This document shows, piece after piece, positions 1 through 12,125 of a stretch of DNA of 64,000 nucleotides; the stretch's first letter is position 1, and every line of letters starts with the position of its first letter. The notes under the pieces were generated by a model. The model worked only from the letters and a program-made list of their open reading frames with translations, did no database searches and had not been told where the DNA came from. Source of the DNA: Phoronis australis (Eukaryota > Animalia > Phoronida); NCBI GenBank assembly GCA_002633005.1, contig NMRA01000024.1, positions 637,803-701,802 of the forward strand, written 5' to 3'. A program made the translations under genes and the position numbers.

Positions 1-1897
1 CGTTAGGAAAACTTACAAAAAACATTAGGAAATCGAGAAAACACTTCAGAGATAATTAGGGTTGGCCTACGCTAAATTGCGAATTCAAAATGTCGCATTG
101 CCTTGAGTTACTAACCGTAATGGAAACCTATCATGGTAATAAAGAATGTTATAGAACTGATTTTACGAAAGTAAACCGCCTAATTCGATTTGTGTTTTAG
201 CCAGCTAAACAGCGAGAAATGTAGCTTTAAATACTGCATGTAAATACTAATTAGTAGACCTGTAAGAGTTTGATTCAAGTTCGTCAACTTCTCAGTAAGC
301 TTGCAAACGTGACTAACTCATAGGGCGAGCTAATGGACGTCTGTGAGGAAAGGCTGCACGTCTCGAGCCACCGGATCTGTATCCTCTACGTGACACATTG
401 AAGACAATGGTCTGTGACTCATAATAAAGAGTTTGGCGTATATAAAACTTAAGTTTCAAGTTATAACTTAACTTTTTAATATAACTGAAGTTTTTCGTGC
501 TATCAAAACTTATGTTTTTCTGATAACTTGTTTTGTTAAAAATAGTACTGCTATCAGAGTTTGAATTTGAAACAAGATGGAAAATGTCCTTAGTTTATCC
601 AATGTGCTTTCAAAAGCTCACAAATTCTTGCAGCCATTTGTTTCAAAGTGCATACGCGAAAGTATGCTTGTGAGATTAAACTTACAGTTCTAACCCCGGT
701 TGTGCCTGTTGAATCTCCATGTAACATTAGTATGGGGAGATTTCAGAGCTGTGCTCGAGACTGCTGGTTAGAAATACGACTAGCGCTGCTCATTATGTAG
801 AGCTGTACATTGCGTTTTCAGAGTAACAAAGAAAAGTTCATAAAAATAATGGGAATTGAAATTTATCGCAGTTGCCAACAGTTTCATCACCTGATCATTA
901 TATTCCTTAGGTTATAATTGTCATAGAACTTGAAATAAAAAGTTACAAAATATGTTATCTGGTTAGCCTGAAGTCCAACATTTATTAACAAATTAAGTAT
1001 TGTTACATGCATGGTTTGCTCTAGATTGTGATTGGATGGTAGCTTACCATGTGCATATTTTGTATTCAAGTTGTTTGGAATAAATTTGTTTTGAATGTCT
1101 TAGTAGTGAATCCATGGTTAAAACTCTATTCAAAAAAACTGCAAAACCCACCCATTGCAGCGCATGCTTAGAGTAAACTTGCGCACTTGTACTTGAATCC
1201 TGGAGAGTGATTGGTTAAGTTTTGAGTTTGAAGACTTGTATCTGGGCTCTGTATATACGTCAGTAAGTGCATGCGAGTTTTACAAATCAATGTTGTATAT
1301 TAAACAACATAATAAATATCCAGCAAGTTTACTTATCTTATACTGATAGCTTAAACCTGTCTGTTATTAAATTTTGGTGTCTTTATTGCAAAGTGTGACT
1401 TTAACTATCGTTGCAAAAGGATGGCTACCCAGACAACACAACGTACGCACTCATGAACTGTAGCTCATGGACCTATGAATTCAGTTATCTGATCTCAGAA
1501 ACGTTTGTTGTCACAAAACATGGATTATTTGCCTATGAAGCTAAGCGAGCTGATGCAGCTAAAAGAGATTAAGTGGTTTGTAGTTTGGCATAGATATATG
1601 TATGAGGTAGCTATAAATTAAAAGTCAAATGTCTACGTTTTCTAAATTCCGCCTCGTATAACCAGGTTGTACCTAGGGTTGCTTTCACTGAAGCTTGTTC
1701 GCGCCACGGAGTGTATAGGATTTACTGTTGATTGTCAACAATACGAAACTTTGACTTTTAAATTTATATTTTGAACGGTTGAAAATCATGATAGGTAATT
1801 TTAGGCACTATTTCTGGCCTAAGGATCGCGGGAAAAGTCTAGCAGTACTTCCCCTAAAATCACATCTGTGACCCTTCCCGACAAATTGTCAGTTACT

Positions 1898-2115
1898 TGT
1901 TACTTGTTACGTTTTATTTTATGCTCTTGTCTCTGGGGACATTCTTGAATTTTGCATCGCCATTGTGTTCGTTAAGGTTTTCCCCGAACCCCGTCTCGGT
2001 TTCCTCTTTCTGTCGATTGGACTTGTTCGTCAATAAACACTCGCAAACCTTGTTCAGTTCAACTTATTGTCGCGGTGGAAGCGGCTTTTCCCACCCGAAG
2101 ATACTCTAATGCAAC
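1898..2115 (+). repeat. Possible 5' LTR of the Gypsy element
   Basis: Begins TGTTAC, contains AATAAA near 2032 and ends about 90 bp before the gag ATG. No second copy found to confirm it. Confidence 0.3.
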
Positions 2116-2203
2116 TGTAGTCTTCAGACAACAAGCCCATTTGTTATTTTTGAGTGTAAAACGTGAGTATTAGACATTTTTATATCCGGAACCTTCGTTC
2201 AAC

Positions 2204-2749
2204 ATGGCCGTACGCGCCCCTAAACAATGGTCTCTAACTAAAACGGAGTCCATCACCACCTATGAGAACTGGCTGCCGAATCTTATATATACTCTTAGTC
2301 TAGACAAAACCTTTGAGCCGTTTCTGACTTCTCAGTGGTTCAAGAAAACCAATGCCAACCCGTTGCGAGGTCTCGTCGATGAGGTCACTGACGTCGATAC
2401 TGCCAAGCGACTGACCGCCGAACCAAATAATGCCCGACTCGAACTCAGCTTGGACAAGTGGCTAACTACTGCCCCGTCAACTCCTGGAACTCGATAGTCA
2501 AGGACTCGGTGTCTCTGACTGACATAACTGGCAAAATTCAGACAGCGCTTTGGTTTTGCCTCGACCGGTGCTCATTTTTTAGACCTTAGCAATATCCGCC
2601 TGCAACCCGACGAGCGTCCCGAGGACATCTATCAACGCTTGACTGCCTTTTTCGAAGACAGTCTCCTCTCACCTGACTGTGACCTTGCCTACGATGGAGT
2701 AGCCGTGGATTATGAGCAGGACTTGACCCCGACGCTGGAAAATGTCATT

Positions 2750-2781
<32 letters not shown>

Positions 2782-3787
2782 GTATTTGTATATATGGCTT
2801 GGACTGGTCCACCCTGGCTATCCACTTCTAGTCAAACAAAAGTATGGAGATGAGCTTCGCAAGAACACGATGGCTTCGATTAAATCGGAAATATCTCCCG
2901 CACTAACTTCACTCCTGGAGGAACTTCGGACTATCGAAGACACCCGTGTGATGCGCATTGGTACACCTCCTGGTCGAAGAAGAAAGTTTTATTCTTGCAT
3001 TCTCTGCAAGACCGCCGGCCGACCATGGTCTTCCCACAACCTTGAAGATTGCATATTCTTACCTGACAGCGATAAGCGTCGCATCACCAGATCACGCCGG
3101 GTTACGGACTTTCAAGAAGATGACGCTGATCTCGACGACAAATCGTCCACTGAAGCTGCCGACGCCTCCTGTGGCCTTGTGTCCCTTGACACCCAATCAG
3201 CTCGACGTGTTTCTATCATGCAGTCTCCTGTCTTGAAAGCCATCTTCGAGGATCATCCCGTGCAAGTCATACTAGACACTGGTGCTACTACTTACATGGT
3301 GTGCGAGTCTGCCGTATCGTTATTCGGAATGACTATTTCCCCCACTTCGCAGATGGCCCGCCAGACTGACGGCATTACCCCCCTTGAGGTTGTTGGCGAG
3401 ATCCACTGCCGGCTTACCCGTGGCCGTCACAACTTTCGTCTGGATGCTTTGGTGGTTCGCCAGCTTGATGTTGACATTTTTTCTGGGAATCCCTTCATGT
3501 CCTACAATGACATTGCTGTTCGCCCCGCTATGCACCAGATCGTAATTGCTGGTTCTGATGTCGTTCCTTACGGTGTCAGTACTCCCAAGGAGATATTACC
3601 CACCGCGACTTATCCAGTCTTTTCTCTTGCGTTGCCCACAGCGTTCTGTCGTTTTCCCTGGCCTGTACATCGAACTGCTGATTCCCCCCTAGATACCAGT
3701 TGGGCGCTGGAGCCTAGATTGGATAACCCTCTTAATAAATCACTCGACCCTAAGCTGGCTTGGCCACGACCACAGGGAATCTCCTGA
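2204..3787 (+). pseudogene. Gypsy gag-protease (frameshifted)
   Basis: ORFs 2204-2497 and 2639-3787 carry the Cys/His knuckle and the LDTGA aspartic protease motif. Confidence 0.85.
2750..2795. repeat. (TA)n microsatellite inside gag
   Basis: Run of tatata...tatgtatatgtatttgtatata, translated YIYIYIYMYMYLYI. Confidence 0.9.
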
Positions 3788-3976
3788 GTCGCCCACATTG
3801 TACGTGTAAAGAACGATACTGATTCACCTCTGCTAATTAAACATGGCGAACACATCTGCCAGGTGCGACAACTTTCAGAGTCGCTACCCGTCCCTGTGCT
3901 ACATCCGCCACTAGCGCCCTGCCTCCAGGCCCTCATACTAGACCACCTTTTTCAGATTCCATCCGGCTTGAACCTG

Positions 3977-4124
3977 GCGTGCGTTCAGTAGACGCTAGGA
4001 CCTACTCTAGGACCTAACTAAAACCTAGTCAAAGTCGTGTTTTCATTTAAATTGCACGGCAATATCTCACGTAATCTCGCGAAGTCTTGCTTTTTGCGAG
4101 GTCCTAGCGTTACTGAACGGGAGG
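3977..4124. mobile_element. 148-bp MITE with CTG TSD (PIF/Harbinger-like)
   Basis: TIR cgttcagtagacgctaggacct / aggtcctagcgttactgaacg; CTG at 3974-3976 and 4125-4127; removing it restores the pol frame (LEPDFLFSDD); sibling copy at 28360-28490. Confidence 0.85.
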
Positions 4125-5082
4125 CTGATTTTCTCTTCTCTGACGACATGCGGGCCCGCTTCCAGTCCCTACACGCTGAGTTCGATGATGTATTCAGTCC
4201 TGCCGTTTCTAAGTACAATGGCGCTAGTGGGAAGATAGAGGCTGCTGTGAGTTTTGGACCCACTCTCCCGCCTCAACGGAAAGGCCGACTTTCCTAATAC
4301 AACCGCGAGTCCCTTGTTGAACTTCAGATAAAATTTGAAGAGCTCGAGGCCGCTGGTGTTTTCGCTAAGCTGGAACAGGGGAATGTCCATGTAGAATATC
4401 TCAACATCTCCTTCCCTATCAAAAAAACCAAGCGACGGTAGTCGGCTTGTTACCTCGTTGGAGAGGTTGCTCGCTACTGTAAGCCCCAACCGTCCCTCAT
4501 GCCCAATGTGGACAGCGTCCTTGACATCGGGAAATAGAACTGTCTAATAGTATCTGACCTCTTGCTGTCCTTCTACCAGCTTCCTGTCAGTCAGTCGTCT
4601 ATGAAATATTGTGGTGTCGCTACGCCATTTAAAGGCACTCGCGTTTACGCTCTATCTGCAATGGGGATGCCGGGATCAGAGACTTGTCTTCAGGCGCTCA
4701 TGTCCATAGTTCTGGGTGATTTCATCAGCAAGGTTGGGTCAACAAAATCGCAGATGGTCTGTATGTAGGTGGAAGCTCACCCGAACAGGTGCTTCAACGT
4801 TGGAGACTACTCCTTCAGCCTCTTCGTCGAAACAACCTGCGTCTGTCCGCCAAGAAAACCGTCCTAAGTCAACCACCGTCCTTTATTTGAATTTTTTTTT
4901 CATAATTTTATTCTTCAATAATATACATTACATTGATAATTTTTAAATGGGTGAAAGGGTGAACAAGGAAAAGGGGCAAGGACTTTCACTCACACACTCG
5001 CACACTCATTCACACACTTCATCATTTAATGATAATACTACTAAACAATATATGAGTTAAGTATATTACAGATAATACAGAT

Positions 5083-8000
5083 TCATTGCGTGGCAGCACT
5101 GAGGCTCTCCCACATTTTAATATTAATATTGTCCGGTTCTTTTTGTTTTTGAAAATTAAATATTATAATTTTAATATATTTTGACATAAATATTTTAAGG
5201 GCAGACCAATCTGGATGCAAGTGCTGTTGGCTACGTAAATAAATAAAATATTGGACGATAGTGGTAACATAATTAATCAACAGGGAGAATTCAGAACCTA
5301 AATGGCAAAACATGATTTCATTTTTGGTTATTCTGACTTTTTCCTTAAGGGAAGATGTCAAAATATCCTGAACATTAATCAACAATCTTTGCACCACATC
5401 ACAAAGGAAAAACATGTGTTCAGTACTCTGTACTAGATTACAATAGGGACATTTATCTGAATTAACAATCTTCATCTTATATAACAAAGAGTTAGTATAC
5501 ACTCTGTTATGTAACAACATATACTTAAAAGATTTAATGCATGGTTCGAGGGGAAGTGTAAAAGGCAAGGAATAAATTTTTCGGATATCTTGTTTGGAGT
5601 GATACTGCAACAATTTTTCATAATTGTCTGGTTTTTTTGCAATACTTTTGTATCAAAATACTCTTGATTTTTTCTTTTGCAATTTTATTATAATCTAGCA
5701 AATTTTATTGTTGCAGCCAACCAATCGCTGATGACCTTGATCAATTTTTCTAGATAAAACAATACATATTGAATTAAAACTCAGAATTTGAGAATTTACC
5801 AATTTATATTTTGCCTTGAGCACCTCCCACGATAAAAGCTTATTTTCAGCATCAAGAAAGTCATTGATGAAACATAGCCCATTCTTAGCAAACTCTTTAT
5901 AATATAGTGACTTATTATTAAGTGTTATCTCTCTGTTATGCCATATAATCTGATCACAAACAGGTACATCTTTGAAAGCATTATGATTCAACTGTTCACT
6001 CACCGACAAAACCTCTCTATAAAAAACATCATTTACTGTTCTACATAGTTTGCTTACTTTAAAATTACATGACCACAACAGTTCACCACCATAATTCTTG
6101 AGGATATATTGTGGATAAAACTTCCAACTTCCACGTTCAGGAGACTGAAGTCTTTTAACCCAGTTGACTAAAAGGCCTTCCTTTATAAGGGTCATGTCAG
6201 GAAATTTTAAACCACCATCTTCATGAGAAGCCATTGCAACGCTTTTCTTTATTTTAGGTGGTTTCCCTGCCCAAATAAAATCATTTAAAATTTTATCTAT
6301 TCGTTTGCACAAATCCCTTGTCAATCCAAGGACAGATATAACGTGAATCAATTTGGGTAGCGCAAAAGCTTTAGTTATGACAATTCTTCCCTTAATTGTT
6401 AATTTTCTTGTTTTCCAAATATTTAGAACTTTCCTAAGTTTCGAAATTTTTTCTTCAAAATTTTGCTCATTTTTTTCTTTTTCATATTTACCGAAGTAAA
6501 CGCCCAGACATTTAATATTTCTTTTTGGCCAATTTATATCATACATTTTCTTAAGTTCAGACTGGTGGCCTAAAAACATTCCTTCGCATTTTCGCTTATT
6601 TAGTTTAAGACCAGACACGTCACCAAATCTTGTAAGAAATTTAAAGCATTCTGTTCCTGAAACTTCATCCTGAATAAATAAAATTGTATCATCAGCATAC
6701 TGGGCTATTTTTACTTCATGCCCATCAATACACAATCCTTTGATTAAGGGGTTATTTCTAATGTAATGGCTCATGAGCTCCACACACAGTATAAACAATT
6801 GACTACTTAAGGGATCCCCTTGACGAAGACCTCTCTTAACATTAAAATAACCACATGTAAATCCGTTGTTTTGAACACAAGACACAATATCGTTATATAT
6901 TGTTTTTATACGGTGAATAAATTTGGGACCAAATTGAAAGGCCCGAAGGGTTTTCTGAAGAAAGGACCAATTTAAACTGTCATACGCTTTCTTAAAATCT
7001 AAGAATATAATTTGTCCATTGAGATTTTTATTTGTATAATACGATATTATGTCCTGTATTAATCTAATATTTTGACCAATAAATCGTTTTGAAACAGCCG
7101 TTTGGTCTGGATGAATAAGCTTATGAATGTACTTATTTAGTCGATTGGCAATAACCTTTGTAAATAATTTGTAATCGCAATTTAATAACGAAATTGGTCG
7201 CCAATTTTCCAGATTTTTTAATTCCTCTGTATTTGTACTTTTGGGGATAAGTGTAATGACACTTTGCCTCTGGGAGGTTGAAAATTTTCCTGTTTTAAAA
7301 CTATAATTTATACATTCCAAAAGGAACAGTTTAATAGCATCCCAAAATGTTTTATAAAATTCATATCCTAAACCGTCATTGCCTGGTGTTTTATTATTTT
7401 GGGATTGTTTTAAGGCTTCATAGAGTTCATCTTCTGTGATCTCTTGTTCTAATAATAAGGACTGGTCATCTGTCAGTACTTTATTACTAGGAAGAGTGAA
7501 TATGTCAGGGAAATTAATATTTTCATAGTCTTTTTCAGAATAAAGAGCCTCATAAAAAGCTCGTTGAATGTTTTGTATCTCTTTTGGATCTTGGATAACC
7601 CTGCCATTTGACTCCAGTTCTATAATATGTTTTTTACCATGGTTACGTTTTTCAAGATTTAAAAAATATTTAGAGTTTGTTTCACCTTCTTCCACCCACT
7701 GAGCTTTACTTCTAACAATACTACCTTTTATTACTTGAGTTTGTAAAATTTCTAGGTTTAATTTACATTTCTTTAATTCACACTGCAACGGGTGATTTCT
7801 TGATTCTTTTTCGACTTGTGTAGTTAATTTATTTATTTGATCTATTAATAACTGTTCCTGTTGTCTATTTCTAGCACGTACGCGTTTTGAAATTTGTATG
7901 GACTTCTGTCTAATTTTCATTTTTAAAATATCCCAAGACAAGTTTTTATCTTCTTGGTTCTCCGTCATGTGATGATCAGAAATAATTGTTCCGATCTCAT

Positions 8001-8796
8001 CCACGTATTCCTTTATAAGAAGCAAGTTATTATTTAATTTCCACAAACCCGGTCCTCGATGAGAGTTACCAATATTAACACTGAGCGTGACAGCTGAGTG
8101 ATCGGAATATATAAAATCATTAATTATATTAGACTGACATCTTGAAGACATAACAGTGTCAACTAGCCAATAGTCTAGTCTACTTTGAGCTTTTAATTGT
8201 TTATCTCTCCACGAGTACTTCCTTATCCCAGGGTTTCTCATCCTCCATACATCTATTAAACTAAAATTTCTACAGAAATTATGAATATTGTCAATAAGCT
8301 TTTTCTTATGGAGGACGTCAGTTACCCCAAGTTTGTCCAAGTCAGTGAGTGGGCAGTTAAAATCTCCAGCACAGAGGACATTACATAATTGGAGGTCACT
8401 CAATTCACTTTCAAGTCTAGACAGGAAGATCAGTTGATTTCTTAAATCGTTTGGGAAATACACATTAACAAAAACGAAATCTTCCTCATAGAGTTTACAT
8501 GAAACAATATTGAAGCGACCATTTTCATCGTTTTTTATCACAATATTCCTAATGTTTTGCGAAATATTAGAATCAAATAATATTGTGGTTCCTCTACTAT
8601 GTTTTGTTCCAAAGCTTGAAAAATTAAGACCATTCCATTCTTTTTGCAGAATGTGTTCAACTTCTGGACTAAAATACGTTTCCTGTAAATAAACAATGTT
8701 GAATTTGCTATGTGATATGAAATTCAATAAATGTTTCCACTTAATATCTGAATTTAATCCCCGGACATTTAAGGATACCAGTTTTAAATTATTCAT
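5083..8796 (-). CDS. LINE ORF2: APE endonuclease, reverse transcriptase and C-terminal CCHC (two in-frame stops)
   Basis: EN motifs NVRG, LQET, GDFN, SRLDY, SDH; RT motifs WRPISLLN, QGDPLS, YADD; CPYC-x7-H-x4-C. ORFs 5695-8820 and 5083-5613 share a frame, split by TAG (5695-5697) and TGA (5653-5655). Confidence 0.92.
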
Positions 8797-9052
8797 CTTC
8801 AAAACAATAGAGAACCTCAATGCCTACCCTCAAGAGAACTAATACAAAATATGCATCAAGTGATATCACTCCCAAATAATAACGATTACCTATCTCATTC
8901 ACACACTTACCATTCACAACCGGGGGAAGGGGGGAAACAAACAACAAAGAAACAAAAAAGTTCAGTTCCATATGATCGTCAATCAATCTCCGGAAAGCTT
9001 TTCTGGGTTCGATTCATTTGTCACACAACAATGTCGCGGGGCGTAATACTGC

Positions 9053-9661
9053 TTATATGTCGTCTAAGGAATTAATTCTCTTGATGGCGCCGCTCTTTAG
9101 CTTCACAAATATTTTGCCATTGGTGCTCCACGAACTGTCAACTTGTTCATGCTTGAAGGATTGTTTCAACAAGGAATAGTTTGTCGCAGTAAGATCTTCC
9201 AAAATGAATGTTCCGGTGTCTTTGGTTTTTCTCTTCTTGTGTAGCACATTCGACTTGGTTTTATACGACATAAGTTTGACGATGATTGGGCGCGGTTTAA
9301 TCAAGGCCGATGAATGTCTGGTTGTTCTTCTACTATCCTTCTTTCCGACTCGGTGCACTTTGTCTATATCTTTGTCAATAACATCAATTTCCAAGATATT
9401 CTTGCAAAATTTCAACACCAGCTGTTCACAGTTTTCTTCACCATTCTCCTCTATCCCATATACCCGAACTGAATTCGAACGCGAATACTGCTCCAGTGAA
9501 TTGATATTTTCTCTCAACATCGTATTTTCTTGTTGTAAAGCAACAATGTCTTGTTTAAAATATTGGAGCTCCTCTTTAATAGCCTGTCGTATTGAAGTGT
9601 TGAGTTTTCTCTCCAGTTGTTCCATGCGTTCATCAAAGTTGTTAACCGTGCCCGTTGCCAT
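9053..9661 (-). CDS. LINE ORF1 (L1-type: coiled coil plus RRM/CTD-like)
   Basis: Coiled coil, then LEQYSRSNSVRVYGIEE, HRVG, PRPIIVKL, EDLT; lies upstream of ORF2. Confidence 0.88.
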   Translation of the reverse strand: MATGTVNNFDERMEQLERKLNTSIRQAIKEELQYFKQDIVALQQENTMLRENINSLEQYSRSNSVRVYGIEENGEENCEQLVLKFCKNILEIDVIDKDIDKVHRVGKKDSRRTTRHSSALIKPRPIIVKLMSYKTKSNVLHKKRKTKDTGTFILEDLTATNYSLLKQSFKHEQVDSSWSTNGKIFVKLKSGAIKRINSLDDI

Positions 9662-10011
9662 GGCTGAGTGATGACTTATTGTTAGATTATTATTTGTCCA
9701 CCAGTAGCTTTCCTGAGGGTTTCTCTTTAGACTTTCATTGGTGTTATATAATCACCTGTCAGGGGATTTGGATGTGACACTTCTTGGTCAAATCAAGACT
9801 GAAAAGAGTTTGTTCTTCACCACCAACTCCTACCTTATCTACTGAATCAATTCAGATGATATGCACTCCAGCCTTTTCTCCACAACTTGTTCCACATTCA
9901 GGTATCAAGAAATCTTCACACACCTCCAATAAAAGTTTTTTTCAAGAAAAGGGTCAGAGCTGAGAACACGTGCGTGTTGTTATCTCGATTATCTCCCCTG
10001 GCTCATTTGAA

Positions 10012-11824
10012 AATGGTCCCAGGGCTCCTTACGGAGCAGTGATCATAAGGTCTCAGCTCTCTCCTCAGTTGAGCCTCCCACAACTGTGTTGGGCCTCAGA
10101 TCATACATTGGTGCTTTTAAGGTGCTAAGTCGTGTTCTCCCTGGCTATGCCTCTCCTCTTGACCCGATTGAAGCTGTCGTGGCTGGACTCGAGCCTCGTG
10201 AATGCATCTCTGGTTTGACGATCTCATGGAATTCCTTAAGAGGTCCTAGTCTGCTCTGAAAGACACAAAGGTGGTGTTCATGCCTGAACCTGATGATCAT
10301 CTGCTCATTGTGACTGACGGTTCTGTGAAGCATCGTGGCTTGGGTGTCACCCTGTACCTCCGCAAATGAGACAAATTTCTCCTCGCTGGCTTCTTTAATG
10401 CGAAGTTGCGTAATCATCAGACAGTCTGGTTACCCTGCGAAGCTGAGCCTTTGTGTATTGGTGCAGCAGTCCGTCATTTTCCCCATGCATCATTCAAGCC
10501 TCTAATCCCACCCAAGTCCTGACAGACAGTCGTCCATGCGTTCATGCCCAGGGGAAACTTAAGCGAGGCGAGTTCTCCACTAGCGCTCGAGTATCGACGT
10601 CTCTATCTATATTGAGCCGTTATGGCGTTTGTTTACACCACATTGCTGGTGCAGCGAACCTTCCTTCCGACTTCTCCTGCAGAAACCCAACATCCTGCCA
10701 AGACTCCTCTTGTCAGGTATGTAAGTTCATTGCCGAACTGGAAGATTCAGTCATTCGAAGCTTTTCGGTTGATAATGTTCTCCAGAGCGCCATGCGTATG
10801 CCCTTCACAAGCCGAACAGCGTGGCTGTTGACACAACAGGAATCCCCAGACCTTCGCCGAAGCCATACCTACCTGTCTCAGAGTATTTGTCCTTCGCGTA
10901 AGCAAAGCAAAATCAAATATGTGAGGCGTTATCTCAATGAGGTCTCAATCACCAACAACGTCGTCTTAGTTGTTAAGTCAGCTGAGCCATTCCAACCCCA
11001 ACGTGAACGTATCGTTGTACCAAGCCCTGTTCTGAATGGACTGCTCACAGCCATTCAAATACGCTTTGGCCATCCATCCAAGTACCAAACAAAGCGTCTC
11101 TTTACTCGTTACTTCTTTGCACTTGACATCGATAAGGCCATTGACGTTGTCACTTCTGAATGTCACATCTGCTAGTCTGTCAAAACCATTCCTACCTATT
11201 TCCAACCCCAGTCTACCTCCCCGCCCTCCGACGTTGTCGGCTCATCATTCGCAGCAGATGTCGTGCGACGCCAACGGGAGTTCATCTTCGTTATCAGAGC
11301 TAGAGACTGCCACTTCATACACGTTCACCTCCCTACTCCACAACGAGACTCATGATGAACTTCGAAACATTCTGGTTAGGCCTATTCTTTGTTCTGCATT
11401 GTGCCCTCTTACTGAAAATGAAATAACTGTTCGAGTCGACGCGGCTCCTGGATTCGTTGCTTTGAAAAATGGCCAGATGTTACTTTCACATGGTATTCAC
11501 CTTGACATTGATCAAGTTAAGAATGACAATAAAAATCCTGTGGCTGAACATGCAGTTGGTGAGTTGGGCATGGAATTCCTGCGTTTATCTCCAGAGGGTG
11601 GGCCTGTGTCCTCTGCAACTCTCGTCATTGCCACGTCCAGTATGAACTCCCGGGTCCGCCGTGACGGTTTGTCTTCACGTGAATTGTGGACACAGCGGGA
11701 TCAAGCCACAGGTTGTCAACTGCCCAGCGTCGCCAGGGAAGTGATCCTCCGTCAACGCCAATACCGAATTGACACCCATCTTCCAAGTGCCTGCTATGTC
11801 AAATTCCCGTGGCCGCGCTCATAA
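10012..11824 (+). pseudogene. Gypsy pol 3' half (RT end, RNase H, integrase)
   Basis: GLRSYIGAFKVLSR, TDGS, WLPCE, SDFSCRNP, GHP...CHIC and the integrase catalytic region; frameshifted. Confidence 0.88.
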
Positions 11825-11907
11825 TGGTGCTCATGTTTAGTTTTTGAATCGCCAAAAACGCCCAACTACAACCGAAGTTACGACAATCTATTCTTTCCGA
11901 ATGTTTT

Positions 11908-12125
11908 TGAAAAACTTAGGTATTTTGGAATACGTTTTTGGAGCAAAATTAAGTTTCCAAAACTTAAGTTTTTAGAACTTGAGTTTTTAGAACTTAAGTT
12001 TTTGAAAAACGTAAGTTTTTGAAAACTTAAGTTATGAAAACTTAAGTTTGTTCCAAAACACTTGTTCCAAAATACTTAAGTTTTTACCAAACTTAAGTTT
12101 TTCGATAAAAACTTAAGTTCATTTT
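11908..12125. repeat. Foldback array of palindromic AAACTTAAGTTT units
   Basis: About ten degenerate copies; 11910-11956 is an inverted repeat of 12038-12085; similar units at about 445-520. Confidence 0.75.

Larger units (their letters stand above)
4892..10004 (-). mobile_element. Full-length L1/Tx1-clade non-LTR retrotransposon nested in the Gypsy RT
   Basis: TSD ATTTGAA at 4885-4891 and 10005-10011; A9 tail preceded by AATAAA on the minus strand; two ORFs; Gypsy RT reads STTVL on the left and KWSQGSL on the right. Confidence 0.93.
1898..11824 (+). mobile_element. Decayed Ty3/Gypsy LTR retrotransposon (gag-PR-RT-RNaseH-IN), interrupted by a MITE and a LINE; no 3' LTR seen
   Basis: Gag starts 2204 (MAVRAPKQWSLTK); knuckle CILC-x9-H-x4-C; protease VILDTGATT; RT remnants ([10 protein letters not shown]; [10 protein letters not shown] where ADD is expected); RNase H (IVTDGSVK, WLPCEAE); integrase (FGHP, CHIC, FAADV, DAAPGF, NKNPVAE). 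Domain order PR-RT-RH-IN is the Gypsy order. Many stops and frameshifts. Confidence 0.9.

Noticed and set aside
9204-9671. 155-aa plus-strand ORF antisense to LINE ORF1
   Set aside because: Typical antisense shadow of a coiled-coil ORF; no independent motifs.
9990-10004. LINE 5' end GCCAGGGGAGATA resembles U1 snRNA (GGCAGGGGAGATAC)
   Set aside because: Only about 11 nt match; no ATACTTACCTG and no downstream U1 sequence.
11908-12125. Short repeats with variable spacing, CRISPR-like at a glance
   Set aside because: Units are degenerate 12-15-mers with no unique spacers; eukaryotic context and no cas genes.
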